Positions 17,783 through 29,772 of a stretch of 59,658 nucleotides of DNA are shown piece after piece. Position numbers and translations under genes: made by a program. The notes beneath the pieces were generated by a model. The model made no database searches and was not told the DNA's origin. It saw only the letters and a program-made list of their open reading frames with translations. This stretch comes from Bdellovibrionota bacterium (GTDB taxonomy: Bacteria; Bdellovibrionota_C; UBA2361; OMII01). Where the stretch lies: NCBI GenBank assembly GCA_044360225.1, contig JBIKKR010000003.1, positions 1 to 59,658 on the forward strand, in the 5' to 3' direction. Each line of letters starts with the position of its first letter. The first letter of the stretch is position 1.

Positions 17783-19036
17783 ATGAATCTTAACGAACTA
17801 AAGCAACTGAAGACCGACGAGCTCATGAAGGTAGCGGCGGAGTTTAACATCGAGTCGGCCAACTCAATGCGCCGTCAGGAGTTGATATTCAGTATCTTGG
17901 CGGCTCAGTCAGAGTCCAACGGTAGCATCTACGCGGGTGGAGTGCTTGAGCTTCTACCTGATGGCTTCGGCTTTTTGCGATCGCCAGACTACAACTACAT
18001 TCCTGGGCCGGATGATGTGTACGTGTCACCTGCGCAGATTCGGCGTTTCGGTCTAAAGACCGGAGATATCATAGAGGGCCAGATTAGGCCACCGCGGGAG
18101 AAAGAGGGAGAGCGTTACTTTGCTCTTACGAAGGTAACTTCGGTAAACCTCGATTCCCCAGAGGTGTTAAAAACTAAGACTGACTTCGTTAACCTCACGC
18201 CGCTTCACCCTAATCAGAAGCTTAACCTGGAGAGCAAGAAGGGCGGACTTTCAACGCGAATTATGGATCTCTTCTGCCCTATCGGTAAGGGACAACGCGC
18301 GTTGATCGTAGCTCCTCCCAAGACAGGTAAGACGATCTTGATGAAGAATATCGCTAACGCAATCACTGAGAATCATAAAGAGGTGGTCCTCATCGTGTTG
18401 CTGATCGACGAGCGTCCGGAGGAAGTAACGGACATGGCGCGCTCGGTGAAGGGCGAGGTTATTAGCTCGACCTTCGATGAGCCAGCACAGCGTCACGTGC
18501 AGGTCGCCGAGATGGTGATTGAGAAGGCGCGGCGGTTAGTTGAGCACAAGCGCGATGTGGTTATCCTGCTCGATTCAATTACGCGTCTCGCGCGTGCCTA
18601 CAACGCGGTGGTCCCGCCGAGTGGTAAGATCCTCTCAGGAGGAGTCGATTCGAACGCATTGCATAAACCAAAGCGCTTCTTTGGTGCTGCGCGTAACGTG
18701 GAAGAGGGTGGAAGCTTGACTATCATCGGTACCGCGTTGATTGAAACCGGAAGCCGCATGGATGAGGTTATCTTCGAAGAGTTTAAGGGTACCGGTAACT
18801 CTGAAATCGTACTTGATCGTAAGCTGACCGAGAAGCGTATCTACCCAGCGCTCGACATTAAAGCATCGCAGACTCGTCGCGAGGAGTTGTTGCTCGAGGA
18901 TTCTGTGTTGCAAAAGGTCTGGTTGCTACGTAAGGTGCTCAATCCGCTCAATACGGTTGAGGCCATGGAGTGGCTGCTGAGCAAGATCGAGGGCACCAAG
19001 AGTAACAAAGAGTTCCTCGATATGATGAAGGGCTAA
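17783..19036 (+). CDS. rho: Transcription termination factor Rho
   Basis: [40 protein letters not shown] and FEEFKGTGN. Confidence 0.99.
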   Translation: MNLNELKQLKTDELMKVAAEFNIESANSMRRQELIFSILAAQSESNGSIYAGGVLELLPDGFGFLRSPDYNYIPGPDDVYVSPAQIRRFGLKTGDIIEGQIRPPREKEGERYFALTKVTSVNLDSPEVLKTKTDFVNLTPLHPNQKLNLESKKGGLSTRIMDLFCPIGKGQRALIVAPPKTGKTILMKNIANAITENHKEVVLIVLLIDERPEEVTDMARSVKGEVISSTFDEPAQRHVQVAEMVIEKARRLVEHKRDVVILLDSITRLARAYNAVVPPSGKILSGGVDSNALHKPKRFFGAARNVEEGGSLTIIGTALIETGSRMDEVIFEEFKGTGNSEIVLDRKLTEKRIYPALDIKASQTRREELLLEDSVLQKVWLLRKVLNPLNTVEAMEWLLSKIEGTKSNKEFLDMMKG

Positions 19037-19051
19037 TATCTGAACGCAGCG

Positions 19052-20458
19052 ATGGCCTTTGACAGCTCAGCGGTAAAGATCCTTGCGGTAGACGATAACC
19101 CTGATGCGCTTTTTGCGCTTGAGCAGCTGCTGCTCTCTAAGGGATTTCAAGTTGCAACGGCCTCCTCAGGAAAGGAGACCCTTGAAAAAGCTGAATCAGA
19201 GCGTCCAGATCTCATTCTGCTCGATGTAGTTATGCCAGAGCCTAATGGCTATGCCGTGGCGAAGATCCTTAAAGAGCATAGTGAGCTGAGGTATACAACG
19301 ATAGTGCTCCTGACGGGTAAGGATGAGTTGCCCGATATTCTGCGTGGATTTGAACACGGGGCTGATGATTACATCTGTAAGCCGTACCAATCAGCAGAGC
19401 TGATTGCACGAGTGCACGCAGCGTTACGGGTCCGAGAGTTGTATACCGAGCTGCGCGATGTCAAAGTCGCTAACCGCCACCTACAAGCCAAGTTACGTGA
19501 GGAGTTTTCGTTTGGTTCAATAATCGGTAAGAGCTCAGTGATGGCAGAGCTGTATCAGATTATGGCTAAGGTCGTCGATGCAGATATTCCGGTGCTCATC
19601 ACTGGCGAATCGGGGACGGGAAAGGAGATGGTTGCTACGGCTCTGCATGCAAACGGGCCCAGACGAGATAAGCCCTTTGTTGTGCAGAATTGTTCTGCAT
19701 TTAACGAGAACCTTTTGGAGTCTGAGCTGTTCGGCCACGTAAAGGGTTCCTTTACCGGCGCTATGCGCGACAAGCAGGGGCTCTTTGAGGTGGCTGATGG
19801 TGGTACGTTCTTTCTCGACGAACTTGGAGAGATGAGCCCGGCGCTACAGGTAAAGCTTCTGCGAGTTCTTCAGGACGGCACCTTTATGCCTGTTGGTGGT
19901 ACCAAGCAAAAGCATGTTGATGTGCGTGTTATCGCCGCGACAAACCGCAACCTTGAGGAGATGGTAAAAAAAGGAACGTTCCGTGAGGACCTGTACTATC
20001 GACTCAATGTGGTGAGTGTGCGCCTACCACCACTCAGAGAACGTGCGGGTGATGTTCCGCTTTTGGTGCAGTTCTTCCTCTCAAAAATAGCAGGGAAAAC
20101 CAAGCAGGAGATAAAGAGTATTACCCCGGATGCGATGGCGTGTCTTGAACGTTATCCGTGGCCGGGGAATATCAGGCAACTTGAAAACGAGATGCAGCGG
20201 GCATGTGTGATGAGTGGCACGGATGCGGTAATAACCCGTGAGCACCTCTCGCCAACGGTGGCTGGTGTTGAGATTCCGCTGACGAGGGTGCTCGCTACTC
20301 AGGAACGGGCGCTCAAGGAGGTGCTTGACCAGGTCGAGCGCGAGATGATCGAGCAAGCTATCGGGCGGTGTGAAGGCAATAAGAGTGAGGCCGCGAGGCA
20401 GCTCGGTATAGCGCGCTCAAATCTGATTGCTAAGTGTCGCGAGTATGGTTTGGAGTAG
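19052..20458 (+). CDS. Sigma54-dependent response regulator (NtrC family)
   Basis: Receiver (VDD..LLDVVMP..KP), AAA+ domain (GESGTGKE, GSFTGA, FLDE, FREDLYYRL) and Fis-type HTH (GNKSEAARQLGI). Confidence 0.95.
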   Translation: MAFDSSAVKILAVDDNPDALFALEQLLLSKGFQVATASSGKETLEKAESERPDLILLDVVMPEPNGYAVAKILKEHSELRYTTIVLLTGKDELPDILRGFEHGADDYICKPYQSAELIARVHAALRVRELYTELRDVKVANRHLQAKLREEFSFGSIIGKSSVMAELYQIMAKVVDADIPVLITGESGTGKEMVATALHANGPRRDKPFVVQNCSAFNENLLESELFGHVKGSFTGAMRDKQGLFEVADGGTFFLDELGEMSPALQVKLLRVLQDGTFMPVGGTKQKHVDVRVIAATNRNLEEMVKKGTFREDLYYRLNVVSVRLPPLRERAGDVPLLVQFFLSKIAGKTKQEIKSITPDAMACLERYPWPGNIRQLENEMQRACVMSGTDAVITREHLSPTVAGVEIPLTRVLATQERALKEVLDQVEREMIEQAIGRCEGNKSEAARQLGIARSNLIAKCREYGLE

Positions 20459-20467
20459 CTCGTTGTC

Positions 20468-20818
20468 ATGAAAGCCGTTCTGCTCTCCCGAGATCTGATG
20501 TTCATTAGTCGAATCAAAGAGGTCGCAGCAGTGCGTGGCGGCGAGGTTTCGGTGGTAAAGAACGAAGCCGCTCTTAGAGCGGCGACCTTAGATAGCCAGG
20601 TGAATGAGGGTGGAGTTGTATTAGTTGATTTAGAGAAGTGCCCTGTTGAGCTTGGAGTTGTGCAGCAGGTTGTGTCGAGTTTGCCTGCGGATTCGTGGCG
20701 TTGCATCTCGTTCTTCTCGCACGTGCACGTTGATGTAGCGCATGACGCGCGCCTTCGTGGTCTGGGTGAGGTGATGCCACGGTCGAAGTTTGTGCAGGTG
20801 TTGCCCGAACTGTTGTGA
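20468..20818 (+). CDS. Small receiver-like (CheY-fold) hypothetical protein
   Basis: 116 aa; DLMF.SRI, VLVDLE, F.SHV and PRS.F..LP.LL; no canonical DD or KP motif. Confidence 0.55.
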   Translation: MKAVLLSRDLMFISRIKEVAAVRGGEVSVVKNEAALRAATLDSQVNEGGVVLVDLEKCPVELGVVQQVVSSLPADSWRCISFFSHVHVDVAHDARLRGLGEVMPRSKFVQVLPELL

Positions 20819-20975
20819 ACGCACAATTATTTCAATTGCTTGGCTGGGTGCTGCAATTAGCTTAAGTGCACACCGCTGCTATCCGATACACCCTATGGGC
20901 GAAGGAGCGTCGGAGAGGTTGATTTGGGGCTCTTACCGCAAGACGTATTAGTACGTAGTTGAAGTAAGAGGTATC

Positions 20976-21683
20976 ATGAATCATTTTGCTGGTCTCTCGG
21001 AGTTCTCTGTTGTAGTTCCTACTGCAGTAGTTCTAGCTTCGCTCTTCATACGGAAGCTGTTTAAAGTCTCGTTCGCGGCTGCCGCGGCGGGTATCGGCGC
21101 GCCCTTGGTGTTGCCGTTACGAGAGTTGCCGCTCCTCCAGCACCTTAGCCACCTGCCACAAGGCTATCTTGTTGGTGGGGCTTGGGGGGGTATTCTATGC
21201 GGAGCCCTTGTATGGGCCGTGTTAAAGCCGGCGGTTTCGGGCGCGGTGGCGAGCCTCGGGTTGCTGAGGCTAGGGTACTTTGCACTTCTGGGTGGCGCCT
21301 TAATTGTTAGCGGGCTGCTCATCGTAAATCCAGAGCCACTAGCCAGTAATTTTCCGGGTTGGAAGGGGCCTGCGGGGATACTACTCTTGGCGGCCTCGTG
21401 TATCAGTGTGTCCCAGGCTCTCTGGAGGCTGGTAAGGGCAACCACGCTCGTGGTGATATGGGGAGGGGTCTCAGTCGTATTGGCGAGCAGTATATTTCTC
21501 GATAAACTACCCCAGGATATCAAACGTGATGACCTTTATAAAATTAAAGGTCTTATTCCGCTTGAAGTGGTGAATAAAGCATTCGATTACGCGCAGGCGT
21601 TCTCAACTCACGGAGTCGATGTGCGGAAGTTTCTGCGTATAGCCGACGATGAGCGGCCGCAGAAGCCCGATGTTGAGGCTTAG
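20976..21683 (+). CDS. Hypothetical multi-pass membrane protein
   Basis: About six hydrophobic segments plus a soluble C-terminal tail; GAGGT RBS. Confidence 0.7.
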   Translation: MNHFAGLSEFSVVVPTAVVLASLFIRKLFKVSFAAAAAGIGAPLVLPLRELPLLQHLSHLPQGYLVGGAWGGILCGALVWAVLKPAVSGAVASLGLLRLGYFALLGGALIVSGLLIVNPEPLASNFPGWKGPAGILLLAASCISVSQALWRLVRATTLVVIWGGVSVVLASSIFLDKLPQDIKRDDLYKIKGLIPLEVVNKAFDYAQAFSTHGVDVRKFLRIADDERPQKPDVEA

Positions 21684-21730
21684 GGCACGCAACGCTAGGC
21701 CGATTCGCAATACACTGGTGTGCACACCAT

Positions 21731-22072
21731 ATGCTTAGAATTTTCTTTAAGTTGATAGGTTTCGCGGTAGCTGCCTTTGTTGCGTGCACGCTCTGTGATG
21801 CGCTCTATCGTTTCTACGACCTCCGGAATGCTATTACCTACTCGCTCCGAACCGCTGCGGTGGAGTCTGATCAGGAGTTGCGGAAAAAAATAGTGGCCGT
21901 GGCCACTAGGGCTGGAGTAAGGTGTGAGGAACGGGATATCGTGATTGAGCGGTCGAAAGGGCGAGTGCGTGCCGAATTCCCGTATCGACACTGGGTAGGT
22001 ATTCCCTTTGGGGAGCAGGGAAAGGGGCTATTTCCTCTTGCACTGCGGGCCTCCGGTGAGCGAGCCTCGTAG
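21731..22072 (+). CDS. Hypothetical N-terminally anchored protein (DUF4845-like/pilin-like)
   Basis: N-terminal TM helix followed by a small alpha/beta domain. Confidence 0.55.
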   Translation: MLRIFFKLIGFAVAAFVACTLCDALYRFYDLRNAITYSLRTAAVESDQELRKKIVAVATRAGVRCEERDIVIERSKGRVRAEFPYRHWVGIPFGEQGKGLFPLALRASGERAS

Positions 22073-22103
22073 AGCGAGCAGAGTAGTTGGTAGGAGTGAT
22101 TTG

Positions 22104-22673
22104 ATGAACGCAAAATTCAAACCGGTCCCCAGAGAGTGGCAGCAGGTCATGGACGAAGATATGATCGCTCGTGCTGTTTCGCGTATGAGTTTTGAGATCC
22201 TTGAGAGGGATCGAGACCTCGACAACTTGGCGATAGTTGGTATTCGGACAGGTGGTGAGTATTTAGCCAAGCGTTTGCAGCAGGAGATTCAGCGTATTGA
22301 AGGTATCGATGTGGCATACGGGGTAATTGATATTACCTTGTATCGGGACGATCTTCTGAGTGCGCAGTCGCAGCCGACTCTCCGAGGTACCGACTTGCCA
22401 TTTCGAATCGCTGGCGCGCGAATCGTTCTCGTTGATGATGTTTTGTTTACCGGCCGTACTATTCGCTCGGCGCTCGATGCTATAATAGATTTTGGAAGGC
22501 CCCGCACCGTTGAGCTAGCTGTGTTGGTAGACCGTGGTCATCGTGAGCTGCCGATTCAGGCTAACTATGTGGGTCGGGTAGTTGCCTGTGATCGTTCGCA
22601 GTTAGTGCGGGTGAGACTCAGTGAGATGGGGTACAAGGATGGGGCCTATCTCATTAATCGGGATGAGCGGTAG
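22104..22673 (+). CDS. pyrR: Bifunctional pyr operon regulator / UPRTase PyrR
   Basis: DITLYRDD, VLVDDVLFTGRTIR and LVDRGHRELPI.A.YVG; AGGAG RBS. Confidence 0.96.
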   Translation: MNAKFKPVPREWQQVMDEDMIARAVSRMSFEILERDRDLDNLAIVGIRTGGEYLAKRLQQEIQRIEGIDVAYGVIDITLYRDDLLSAQSQPTLRGTDLPFRIAGARIVLVDDVLFTGRTIRSALDAIIDFGRPRTVELAVLVDRGHRELPIQANYVGRVVACDRSQLVRVRLSEMGYKDGAYLINRDER

Positions 22674-22799
22674 CTAGGGCGGACCGCAACGCTTCGCTAT
22701 CTCGCTGTATTGTGGGAAACGGCGATTCTGCTCGAAGACCCGCTACTCGCAAATACATTCAATTTTACCCCCCAAGGTCTTGTAAATATCCCTTAAAAG

Positions 22800-23780
22800 A
22801 TGTTTACTGGTGACTCGATGGTCGACCACTTGTTGGGAATAAATGGGCTTTCGAAAGCAGATATCTATCGGTACCTCGACGCGGCACACTCTTTTGTAGA
22901 GGTTTCAGAGCGCGACATAAAGAAGGTACCAACCCTCCGCGGAAAAACGATAGTTCATGTGTTTTTTGAGCCGAGTACTCGGACGCTCACGAGCTTCGAC
23001 ATAGCCGGCAAGCGGCTCTCTGCAGATACTATAAATATTAGCGCGAGCTCTAGCTCAGTCAAGAAAGGGGAGACCCTGCTCGATACGGTTCGCACCCTCG
23101 AATCGATGAATCCAGATGTGTTGGTGATCCGACACTCCGAGAGTGGGGCCGCTCATTTTGCGGCGCGGCACCTGAAGCGGTCTGCAGTGATCAATGCAGG
23201 CGATGGCGCCCACGAACACCCTACGCAGGCGCTTCTCGATCTAGTAACGCTACGACAACACTTCGGTGCCAAGGGGCGGGGCATTGAAGGATTGCGGATC
23301 GGATTTGTGGGAGATGTGCGCCATTCGCGTGTAGCGCGAAGTAATCTCTGGGCGCACTGTGCACTGGGCAACCAGGTGCGGTTAATTGGCCCGCCGACCT
23401 TGGTTCCTGGGGAATTCGCTCGAGCCTTTGAAAGCGATCTGGTTACCGTTGAGCACGATCTCGTGCGAGGACTTCAGGATCTCGATGTGGTGGTGTGCTT
23501 GCGAATGCAACTTGAGCGCCAGGATCAGAATTTTGTCCCCAACCTTGATGAATACAGCAAGGAGTACTGTGTTTCCGAGCGACTGCTGAAGCGATACGCG
23601 CCGGAGAGTGTTGTTCTACACCCGGGACCGATGAACCGCGGTACTGAGATCTCTGGAGAGGTCGCGGATGGCCCGCGTTCGCTTATCAGAAATCAGGTCA
23701 ATAATGGCGTTGCTGTGCGTATGGCTGTTCTCTATCTTTTAGCGCGCACGACCGAGAGTCACGAAGAGGAGGTCGTATGA
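22800..23780 (+). CDS. pyrB: Aspartate carbamoyltransferase catalytic subunit
   Basis: FFEPSTRT, INAGDG.HEHPTQALLD, HSRVARSN and HPGPMNRG.EI. Confidence 0.97.
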   Translation: MFTGDSMVDHLLGINGLSKADIYRYLDAAHSFVEVSERDIKKVPTLRGKTIVHVFFEPSTRTLTSFDIAGKRLSADTINISASSSSVKKGETLLDTVRTLESMNPDVLVIRHSESGAAHFAARHLKRSAVINAGDGAHEHPTQALLDLVTLRQHFGAKGRGIEGLRIGFVGDVRHSRVARSNLWAHCALGNQVRLIGPPTLVPGEFARAFESDLVTVEHDLVRGLQDLDVVVCLRMQLERQDQNFVPNLDEYSKEYCVSERLLKRYAPESVVLHPGPMNRGTEISGEVADGPRSLIRNQVNNGVAVRMAVLYLLARTTESHEEEVV

Positions 23781-25120
23781 CGGATAATTGCGCTGGTCCA
23801 ATGAGCGGACAGCCCATAGTAATTGAGGGCGGGCATGTAATCGATGCCGCTACTGGGCGTGATGGGACCTTTGATCTTCTTATCCGCGATGGGATTGTTG
23901 AGGCAATTGAGAAGCCAGGGGCTTTTCGGGCAACAGGTGATGTGCGCCGTGTCGATGCAGCGGGCAAGTGGGTCATGCCTGGGTGCATTGATCTTCACGT
24001 GCATTTACGTGAGCCAGGAGAGGAATGGAAGGAGACCGTTCAGACCGGTGCAGAGGCCGCGGTGCTCGGTGGATATACTTCAATATGCTGTATGCCGAAT
24101 ACTCGGCCCGCTAACGACTCAGCGGAGATTACTCGGTTCATTCTTGAAAAAGCGCGATCGGCAGGTGCGGCGCGTGTGTTACCGATCGGTGCTATCTCGA
24201 TGGAGCGCAAAGGAAAGCAACTCGCTCCGTACTCTGAGCTGGCAAAGGCCGGGTGTGTAGCCTTCTCTGATGATGGTGATCCGGTAGCAGATGCCGGTCT
24301 TATGCGGCGGGCGCTTGAGTGGTGCCTGATGCTAGGTTTGCCTTTGGCGTGCCACGAGGAGGACAGGAACTTAAGTTGTGGCGGTTGCATGAATGAATCT
24401 CCGCTGTCGCTCAAGATGGGGTTGAAGGGCTTTCCTGGTGTTGCAGAAGACGTGATGATCGCGCGGGATATCGAGCTTGCTCGTTTTACTAAGGGTAAAG
24501 TGCATATCTGCCACGTATCGACTGCGCGTGGGGTTGAGCTGATTCGCCGAGCTAAGAACGACGGCATCAATATAACGTGTGAGGTCGCACCGCACCATCT
24601 GGTCCTGAGTGAGGAGAGTGTGTCAACGTACGACACCAACTATAAGATGATGCCACCGCTGAAGGATAACGAGGATATCAAAGGGCTTCTGGTTGGGCTA
24701 GCTGATGGCACGATTGACGCGATAGCAAGCGATCACGCTCCGCATGACCGAGATAGTAAGTTGGTAGAGTTCTCTCGCGCCACAGTCGGTATTCTGGGGC
24801 TTCAGACCAGTCTGCCTCTTTTGGCTGAGATGTGCACTGCTGGTGTGCTGTCGCGTACTCGTATGGTGGATCTGCTCTGCGCTGGACCCGCGCGGGCATT
24901 TGGGTTGCCCTACGGTACTCTGCGAGTTGGTAGTGCTGCGGATGTCGTAGTGCTTGATCCGCATCGTCAGTGGTTCTTCTCGGAGGAGTCGGTGCGGTCA
25001 AAATCAAAGAATAGCCCCTTCCTCGGTCGTAAGCTTCAGGGAGCGACAGAGCAGGTATTTGTTCAAGGTAGGCAGGTTGTCTGCGATGGTGGGCTCGTAG
25101 CTGATCAGAGCAGAGGATAG
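23777..25120 (+). CDS. pyrC: Dihydroorotase
   Basis: DLHVHLREPG, MPNT.P, HICHVST and ASDHAPH. Confidence 0.96.
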   Translation: MTDNCAGPMSGQPIVIEGGHVIDAATGRDGTFDLLIRDGIVEAIEKPGAFRATGDVRRVDAAGKWVMPGCIDLHVHLREPGEEWKETVQTGAEAAVLGGYTSICCMPNTRPANDSAEITRFILEKARSAGAARVLPIGAISMERKGKQLAPYSELAKAGCVAFSDDGDPVADAGLMRRALEWCLMLGLPLACHEEDRNLSCGGCMNESPLSLKMGLKGFPGVAEDVMIARDIELARFTKGKVHICHVSTARGVELIRRAKNDGINITCEVAPHHLVLSEESVSTYDTNYKMMPPLKDNEDIKGLLVGLADGTIDAIASDHAPHDRDSKLVEFSRATVGILGLQTSLPLLAEMCTAGVLSRTRMVDLLCAGPARAFGLPYGTLRVGSAADVVVLDPHRQWFFSEESVRSKSKNSPFLGRKLQGATEQVFVQGRQVVCDGGLVADQSRG

Positions 25121-25157
25121 CGTAAAGGTGCTGTAGAGAAGAGTTGAGTCGAGTGTC

Positions 25158-26348
25158 ATGGCGGTAAAGAAGAAGATCGTTTCGGTGCGGCAGGCGATGG
25201 GCGAGGTGGGCTATCTGGCTCTCGCAAACGGTACTGTGTTCAAGGGGCAGTGCTTTGGTGCACTACGCGGAGAGGATGACCCGGTTTGTGGTGAGCTTGT
25301 TTTCAACACTTCGATGTACGGGTATCAAGAGATCCTCACTGACCCAAGCTATGCGGGACAGATTATGACCTTCACCTATCCGCACATCGGTAATGTTGGG
25401 TGTAATGAGGATGATGTCGAGTCCTCGCGTGTGTATACAGAGGGATTGGTGGTGCGTGCTGCCCACAAGACCCCATCTAATTTCAGGTCTACGGTTTCTC
25501 TCCCTGAGTACCTCGCCAAGAATAATGTGATGGGGCTTGAAGGGATTGATACTCGCGAGCTCGTGATTGCGCTCCGAACGCATGGCGCGCAGATGGCGGT
25601 CATGGCGAGCGGAGAGGGCGTACACCCTGACACGCTTGTTGATCGAGCACGGACTCTGGGCTCGATGGAGGGTAAGGATTACGTTACTCACGTTGCCTGC
25701 AAAGAGATGTATACCTGGGATTATTTGCCATGGAGCTTAGAGCACGGTAATCGACGACGGCTTTCTCAAGAACAGCTGGTTTCCCGACCGCATGTGGTTG
25801 CGGTTGATTGCGGAGTTAAGACTAACATCCTGAGGCTTCTGGTTGATGTAGGTTTCCGCGTAACGGTGGTGCCAGCGGGAACAACCGCAGCAGAGATCGT
25901 ATCGCTTCGACCCGATGGAGTTTTTCTGTCGAACGGCCCCGGAGATCCGGCAACGCTGCAGTATGTTGTTAAGCCGGTGCAAGAGATCGTTGGCAGGGTG
26001 CCGATCTTTGGAATCTGTCTAGGGCATCAGATCCTCGGTCAGGCGTTAGGTGGTAAGACGTATAAGCTGAAATTCGGCCATCGTGGAGGAAACCATCCGG
26101 TGCGCGATGAAACGACAGGCAAGGTTGAGATCACGGTTCAGAACCATGGGTTTGCGGTTGATAAAGGGTCGATAGAGAAGCGCGCTTTTGTGTCGCACCT
26201 TAATCTCAACGACATGACTGTGGAGGGATTGGAGTCGAAGGAGTGTAAGGCATTCTCAGTGCAGTACCACCCAGAGGCTTCTCCCGGACCACACGATTCG
26301 CGCTACTTGTTCGAGCGGTTTTATCGCTTAGTGACTGCGAGTGCGTAG
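25158..26348 (+). CDS. carA: Carbamoyl-phosphate synthase small subunit
   Basis: GE.VFNTSM.GYQE.LTDPSY, SNGPGDP, GICLGHQ and SVQYHPE. Confidence 0.98.
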   Translation: MAVKKKIVSVRQAMGEVGYLALANGTVFKGQCFGALRGEDDPVCGELVFNTSMYGYQEILTDPSYAGQIMTFTYPHIGNVGCNEDDVESSRVYTEGLVVRAAHKTPSNFRSTVSLPEYLAKNNVMGLEGIDTRELVIALRTHGAQMAVMASGEGVHPDTLVDRARTLGSMEGKDYVTHVACKEMYTWDYLPWSLEHGNRRRLSQEQLVSRPHVVAVDCGVKTNILRLLVDVGFRVTVVPAGTTAAEIVSLRPDGVFLSNGPGDPATLQYVVKPVQEIVGRVPIFGICLGHQILGQALGGKTYKLKFGHRGGNHPVRDETTGKVEITVQNHGFAVDKGSIEKRAFVSHLNLNDMTVEGLESKECKAFSVQYHPEASPGPHDSRYLFERFYRLVTASA

Positions 26349-26371
26349 GGGATACAGTAGTAAGGTGCGCT

Positions 26372-29300
26372 ATGCCAAAGAGGAACGATATTAAATCAAT
26401 TCTGCTCATCGGATCGGGGCCGATCGTTATCGGACAGGCGTGTGAGTTTGACTACTCAGGGACGCAGGCGATAAAGGCCCTCAAGCAGGAGGGGTACAAG
26501 GTTATCCTGGTCAATTCGAATCCTGCCACGATTATGACCGATCCTGAGTTCGCCGACCGGACGTACATCGAGCCGATTACGGCCGATTTCGTCGAGGAGA
26601 TCATTCGGATTGAGCGCCCTGATGCAGTACTTCCAACGATGGGTGGCCAAACAGCACTCAATACAGCGCTTGAGTTGGCTGAGCGTGGGGTGTTCGAGAA
26701 ATACGGCTGCAAGCTTATCGGCGCAAATGTTGAGGCGATTAAGACCGCTGAGGATCGTGAGCTGTTCCGCCAAGCCATGGATGAGATAGGACTCGAGTCG
26801 GCTCGTTCAGTTATTGCGACATCGATTAAAGATGCGGAAGTAGCAGCACAAACATTAGGATATCCGCTGATTCTCCGTCCATCTCGCACCTTGGGAGGCA
26901 CTGGTGGAGGGATCGTTTATGGTCCGGATGAGCTACACCGTAAGGTTTCCATCGCCTTAGCAGCGAGTCCGAACCGCGAAGTGTTGATTGAAGAGTCGCT
27001 TGTAGGTTGGAAAGAGATTGAGCTTGAGGTGATGCGCGACACCAAGGATAATGTCGTTATTATCTGTGGTATCGAGAACCTGGATCCAATGGGCGTGCAT
27101 ACCGGTGATTCAATCACGGTAGCGCCGATTCAGACCCTGACCGACAAGGAGTACCAGCTCCTCCGTGATGCTGCCATAAAGGTCATCCGCCGTATCGGTG
27201 TCGACACAGGCGGTTCAAACGTGCAGTTTGCGATTAACCCCGATAATGGCCGGATTATCGTGATTGAGATGAACCCGCGTGTGTCGCGGAGCTCTGCCTT
27301 GGCTTCAAAGGCGACGGGGTTCCCGATCGCTAAAATCGCAGCCAAGCTTGCCGTTGGATACACACTGGACGAGATTCGCAACGATATTACGAAAGAGACG
27401 CCCGCGTGTTTTGAGCCGTCGATTGATTACGTAGTGGTAAAGATCCCGCGTTTCAATTTCGAGAAGTTCCCGCTTGCAGATTCAACTCTTGGGACGCAGA
27501 TGAAGTCCGTGGGAGAGGTCCTCTCATTCGGACGGACCTTCAAAGAGGCGCTCCAGAAGGCGATGGCTTCGATGGAGTTGGGATCGTTCGGGTTCGATGG
27601 TGAGAAATATGCGAAAGATCTCGGCAAGCGCGAGCTTCGCGACGCGTGCGCGAAGCCAGCGCCGCAGCGTTTGTGGTTAGTGGGTGAGGCATTCCGTCGC
27701 GGATGCTCTGTTCGTGATATCTTTACCGCCAGCAAGATAGATCTGTGGTTCCTCGAGCAGATTGAAGAGATCGTGCACCAGGAAGAGCAGCTCAAGGAGC
27801 TTGCGCTCGCTGCGATGACAGCGGAGCAGTTGCGCGAACTTAAGCGGCAGGGGTTTACAGATAGACGGATCGCTGCACTCATGAGCTGTTCCGAGACGGA
27901 TGTCCGGAATCACCGTATAGCGCTTGGAGTAAAGCCATCATTTAAATCGGTTGATACCTGCGCTGCTGAGTTTGCGGCTTTTACGCCGTATCTCTATTCG
28001 ACATACGACGGCACATCTGAAGCTCCTCCGACTGATAGGCGGAAGATAGTGATCCTCGGAGCTGGTCCTAACCGTATTGGCCAGGGAATCGAGTTTGATT
28101 ACTGTTGTGTGCATGCATCGATGGCTCTCCGTGCCGACGGATTTGAGACTATCATGATTAACTGCAACCCGGAGACGGTGTCGACCGATTATGATACTAG
28201 CGATCGGTTGTACTTTGAACCGCTCACTGTTGAGTCAGTACTGGCTATTGTAGAGCGAGAGAAACCTGAAGGGGTTATCGTGCAGTTTGGCGGACAAACA
28301 CCGCTGCGGATTTCAGGAGAGTTAGCGGCGCTCGGTGTGCCGATTATCGGCACCTCAGTTGATTCGATCGATATAGCTGAGGATCGTGAGCGGTTCTCGA
28401 CTCTGATTGCAAAGCTCAAGCTGCGACAGCCTCCGTTTGCCACAGCTCGTTCAACCGAAGAGGCTGTCCAGTCGTCTCAGCGGATCGGATTTCCGCTCAT
28501 GATTAGACCCTCGTTCGTGCTCGGAGGTCGTGCAATGCGTGTGCTCTATTCTGAGGACGAGGTGCGCACGTACATGCGTGAGGGAGTCGAAGTGTCGCAT
28601 GATAGGCCGGTGCTCCTCGATCGCTTCCTTGATGGAGCGATTGAGGTTGACGTTGACACGGTCAGTGATGGCAGTGATGTGCTGATCGCTGGCGTGATGG
28701 AGCACATTGAGCCAGCAGGCATCCACTCAGGTGACAGCTCGTGTTGTCTACCGCCACAGACCCTGAGCGCGGAGGTAGTGCAGGAGATGCGCAGACAGGC
28801 GATCGTTTTGGCGAAGGAGCTGAAAGTAGTAGGGTTGATGAATATTCAGTTCGCAGTCCCTAGGTCTGGAGAGGTGTTTATTCTTGAAGTAAATCCCCGA
28901 GCATCCCGAACGGTGCCTTTTGTCAGCAAGGCTACGGGAGTTCCGTGGGCAAAGGTAGCGAGTCGGGTTATGGCGGGTGCAAAGCTGGAGGCGCTCGGTG
29001 TTACAGAAGTTGTTCCCGAAGGATATGTGTCGGTCAAGGCATCGGTATTCCCATTCTCGAAGTTTGCGGGGGTGGATACGATCCTCGGACCTGAGATGAA
29101 GTCGACCGGTGAGGTAATGGGAATTCACTCAAGTTTTGCAGGCGCATTCGCAAAGAGCCAATTCGCTTCGAACATCGCTCTGCCTGGGAAGGGAGTAGTG
29201 TTTTTGAGCGTAAAAGATGGCGACAAGGAGCAGTTGCCTGAGGTTGCAAAGAGGCTGGAGCGACTGGGGTTCACTCTTATGGCGACCGACGGTACGGCTA

Positions 29301-29587
29301 ACTTTCTGCGCGACCTAGGGCTTGCGGTGCAGCGCGTGAACAAAGTACGCGAAGGTTCTCCACACGTAGTGGACGCACTCGGGGCAGGGGAGATCTCGTT
29401 GGTGATTAATACGCCGGAGGGATGGCAGCCGGTTATGGACTCTAAGTCGATTCGACTCGTTGCCAATGAGCTGCGGGTGCCAACGTATACAACAATTGCA
29501 GCGGCGCGTGCCGTAGCAGAAGCTCTTGAACTCGTGCAAAATAACAAGTTTCTTTCTGTGCAAGCGCTGCAAGATTATCTCTCTTAG
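26372..29587 (+). CDS. carB: Carbamoyl-phosphate synthase large subunit
   Basis: [18 protein letters not shown], duplicated ATP-grasp domains and [17 protein letters not shown]; 1071 aa. Confidence 0.99.
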   Translation: MPKRNDIKSILLIGSGPIVIGQACEFDYSGTQAIKALKQEGYKVILVNSNPATIMTDPEFADRTYIEPITADFVEEIIRIERPDAVLPTMGGQTALNTALELAERGVFEKYGCKLIGANVEAIKTAEDRELFRQAMDEIGLESARSVIATSIKDAEVAAQTLGYPLILRPSRTLGGTGGGIVYGPDELHRKVSIALAASPNREVLIEESLVGWKEIELEVMRDTKDNVVIICGIENLDPMGVHTGDSITVAPIQTLTDKEYQLLRDAAIKVIRRIGVDTGGSNVQFAINPDNGRIIVIEMNPRVSRSSALASKATGFPIAKIAAKLAVGYTLDEIRNDITKETPACFEPSIDYVVVKIPRFNFEKFPLADSTLGTQMKSVGEVLSFGRTFKEALQKAMASMELGSFGFDGEKYAKDLGKRELRDACAKPAPQRLWLVGEAFRRGCSVRDIFTASKIDLWFLEQIEEIVHQEEQLKELALAAMTAEQLRELKRQGFTDRRIAALMSCSETDVRNHRIALGVKPSFKSVDTCAAEFAAFTPYLYSTYDGTSEAPPTDRRKIVILGAGPNRIGQGIEFDYCCVHASMALRADGFETIMINCNPETVSTDYDTSDRLYFEPLTVESVLAIVEREKPEGVIVQFGGQTPLRISGELAALGVPIIGTSVDSIDIAEDRERFSTLIAKLKLRQPPFATARSTEEAVQSSQRIGFPLMIRPSFVLGGRAMRVLYSEDEVRTYMREGVEVSHDRPVLLDRFLDGAIEVDVDTVSDGSDVLIAGVMEHIEPAGIHSGDSSCCLPPQTLSAEVVQEMRRQAIVLAKELKVVGLMNIQFAVPRSGEVFILEVNPRASRTVPFVSKATGVPWAKVASRVMAGAKLEALGVTEVVPEGYVSVKASVFPFSKFAGVDTILGPEMKSTGEVMGIHSSFAGAFAKSQFASNIALPGKGVVFLSVKDGDKEQLPEVAKRLERLGFTLMATDGTANFLRDLGLAVQRVNKVREGSPHVVDALGAGEISLVINTPEGWQPVMDSKSIRLVANELRVPTYTTIAAARAVAEALELVQNNKFLSVQALQDYLS

Positions 29588-29772
29588 AGGACCATGCACA
29601 CGTAGAAGTGTTGTGCTTCTAGGGGGTTAGCGTGATTGGTGCGAGTTGTGAGGTGCTGGAGGCTGTGTATTCCTTAGACTTCTCAATCATTTACAGTAGT
29701 TGCAGGGTTTGATAACCTCATCTGTACGCGTTGATTACACCCGCACTGCAGTTTTTAGGCTAGGAGTTACGT

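Noticed and set aside
22112-22145. ggtccccagagagtggc resembling a PyrR binding loop
   Set aside because: It lies in the pyrR coding sequence, deviates from the consensus and has no terminator/antiterminator context.
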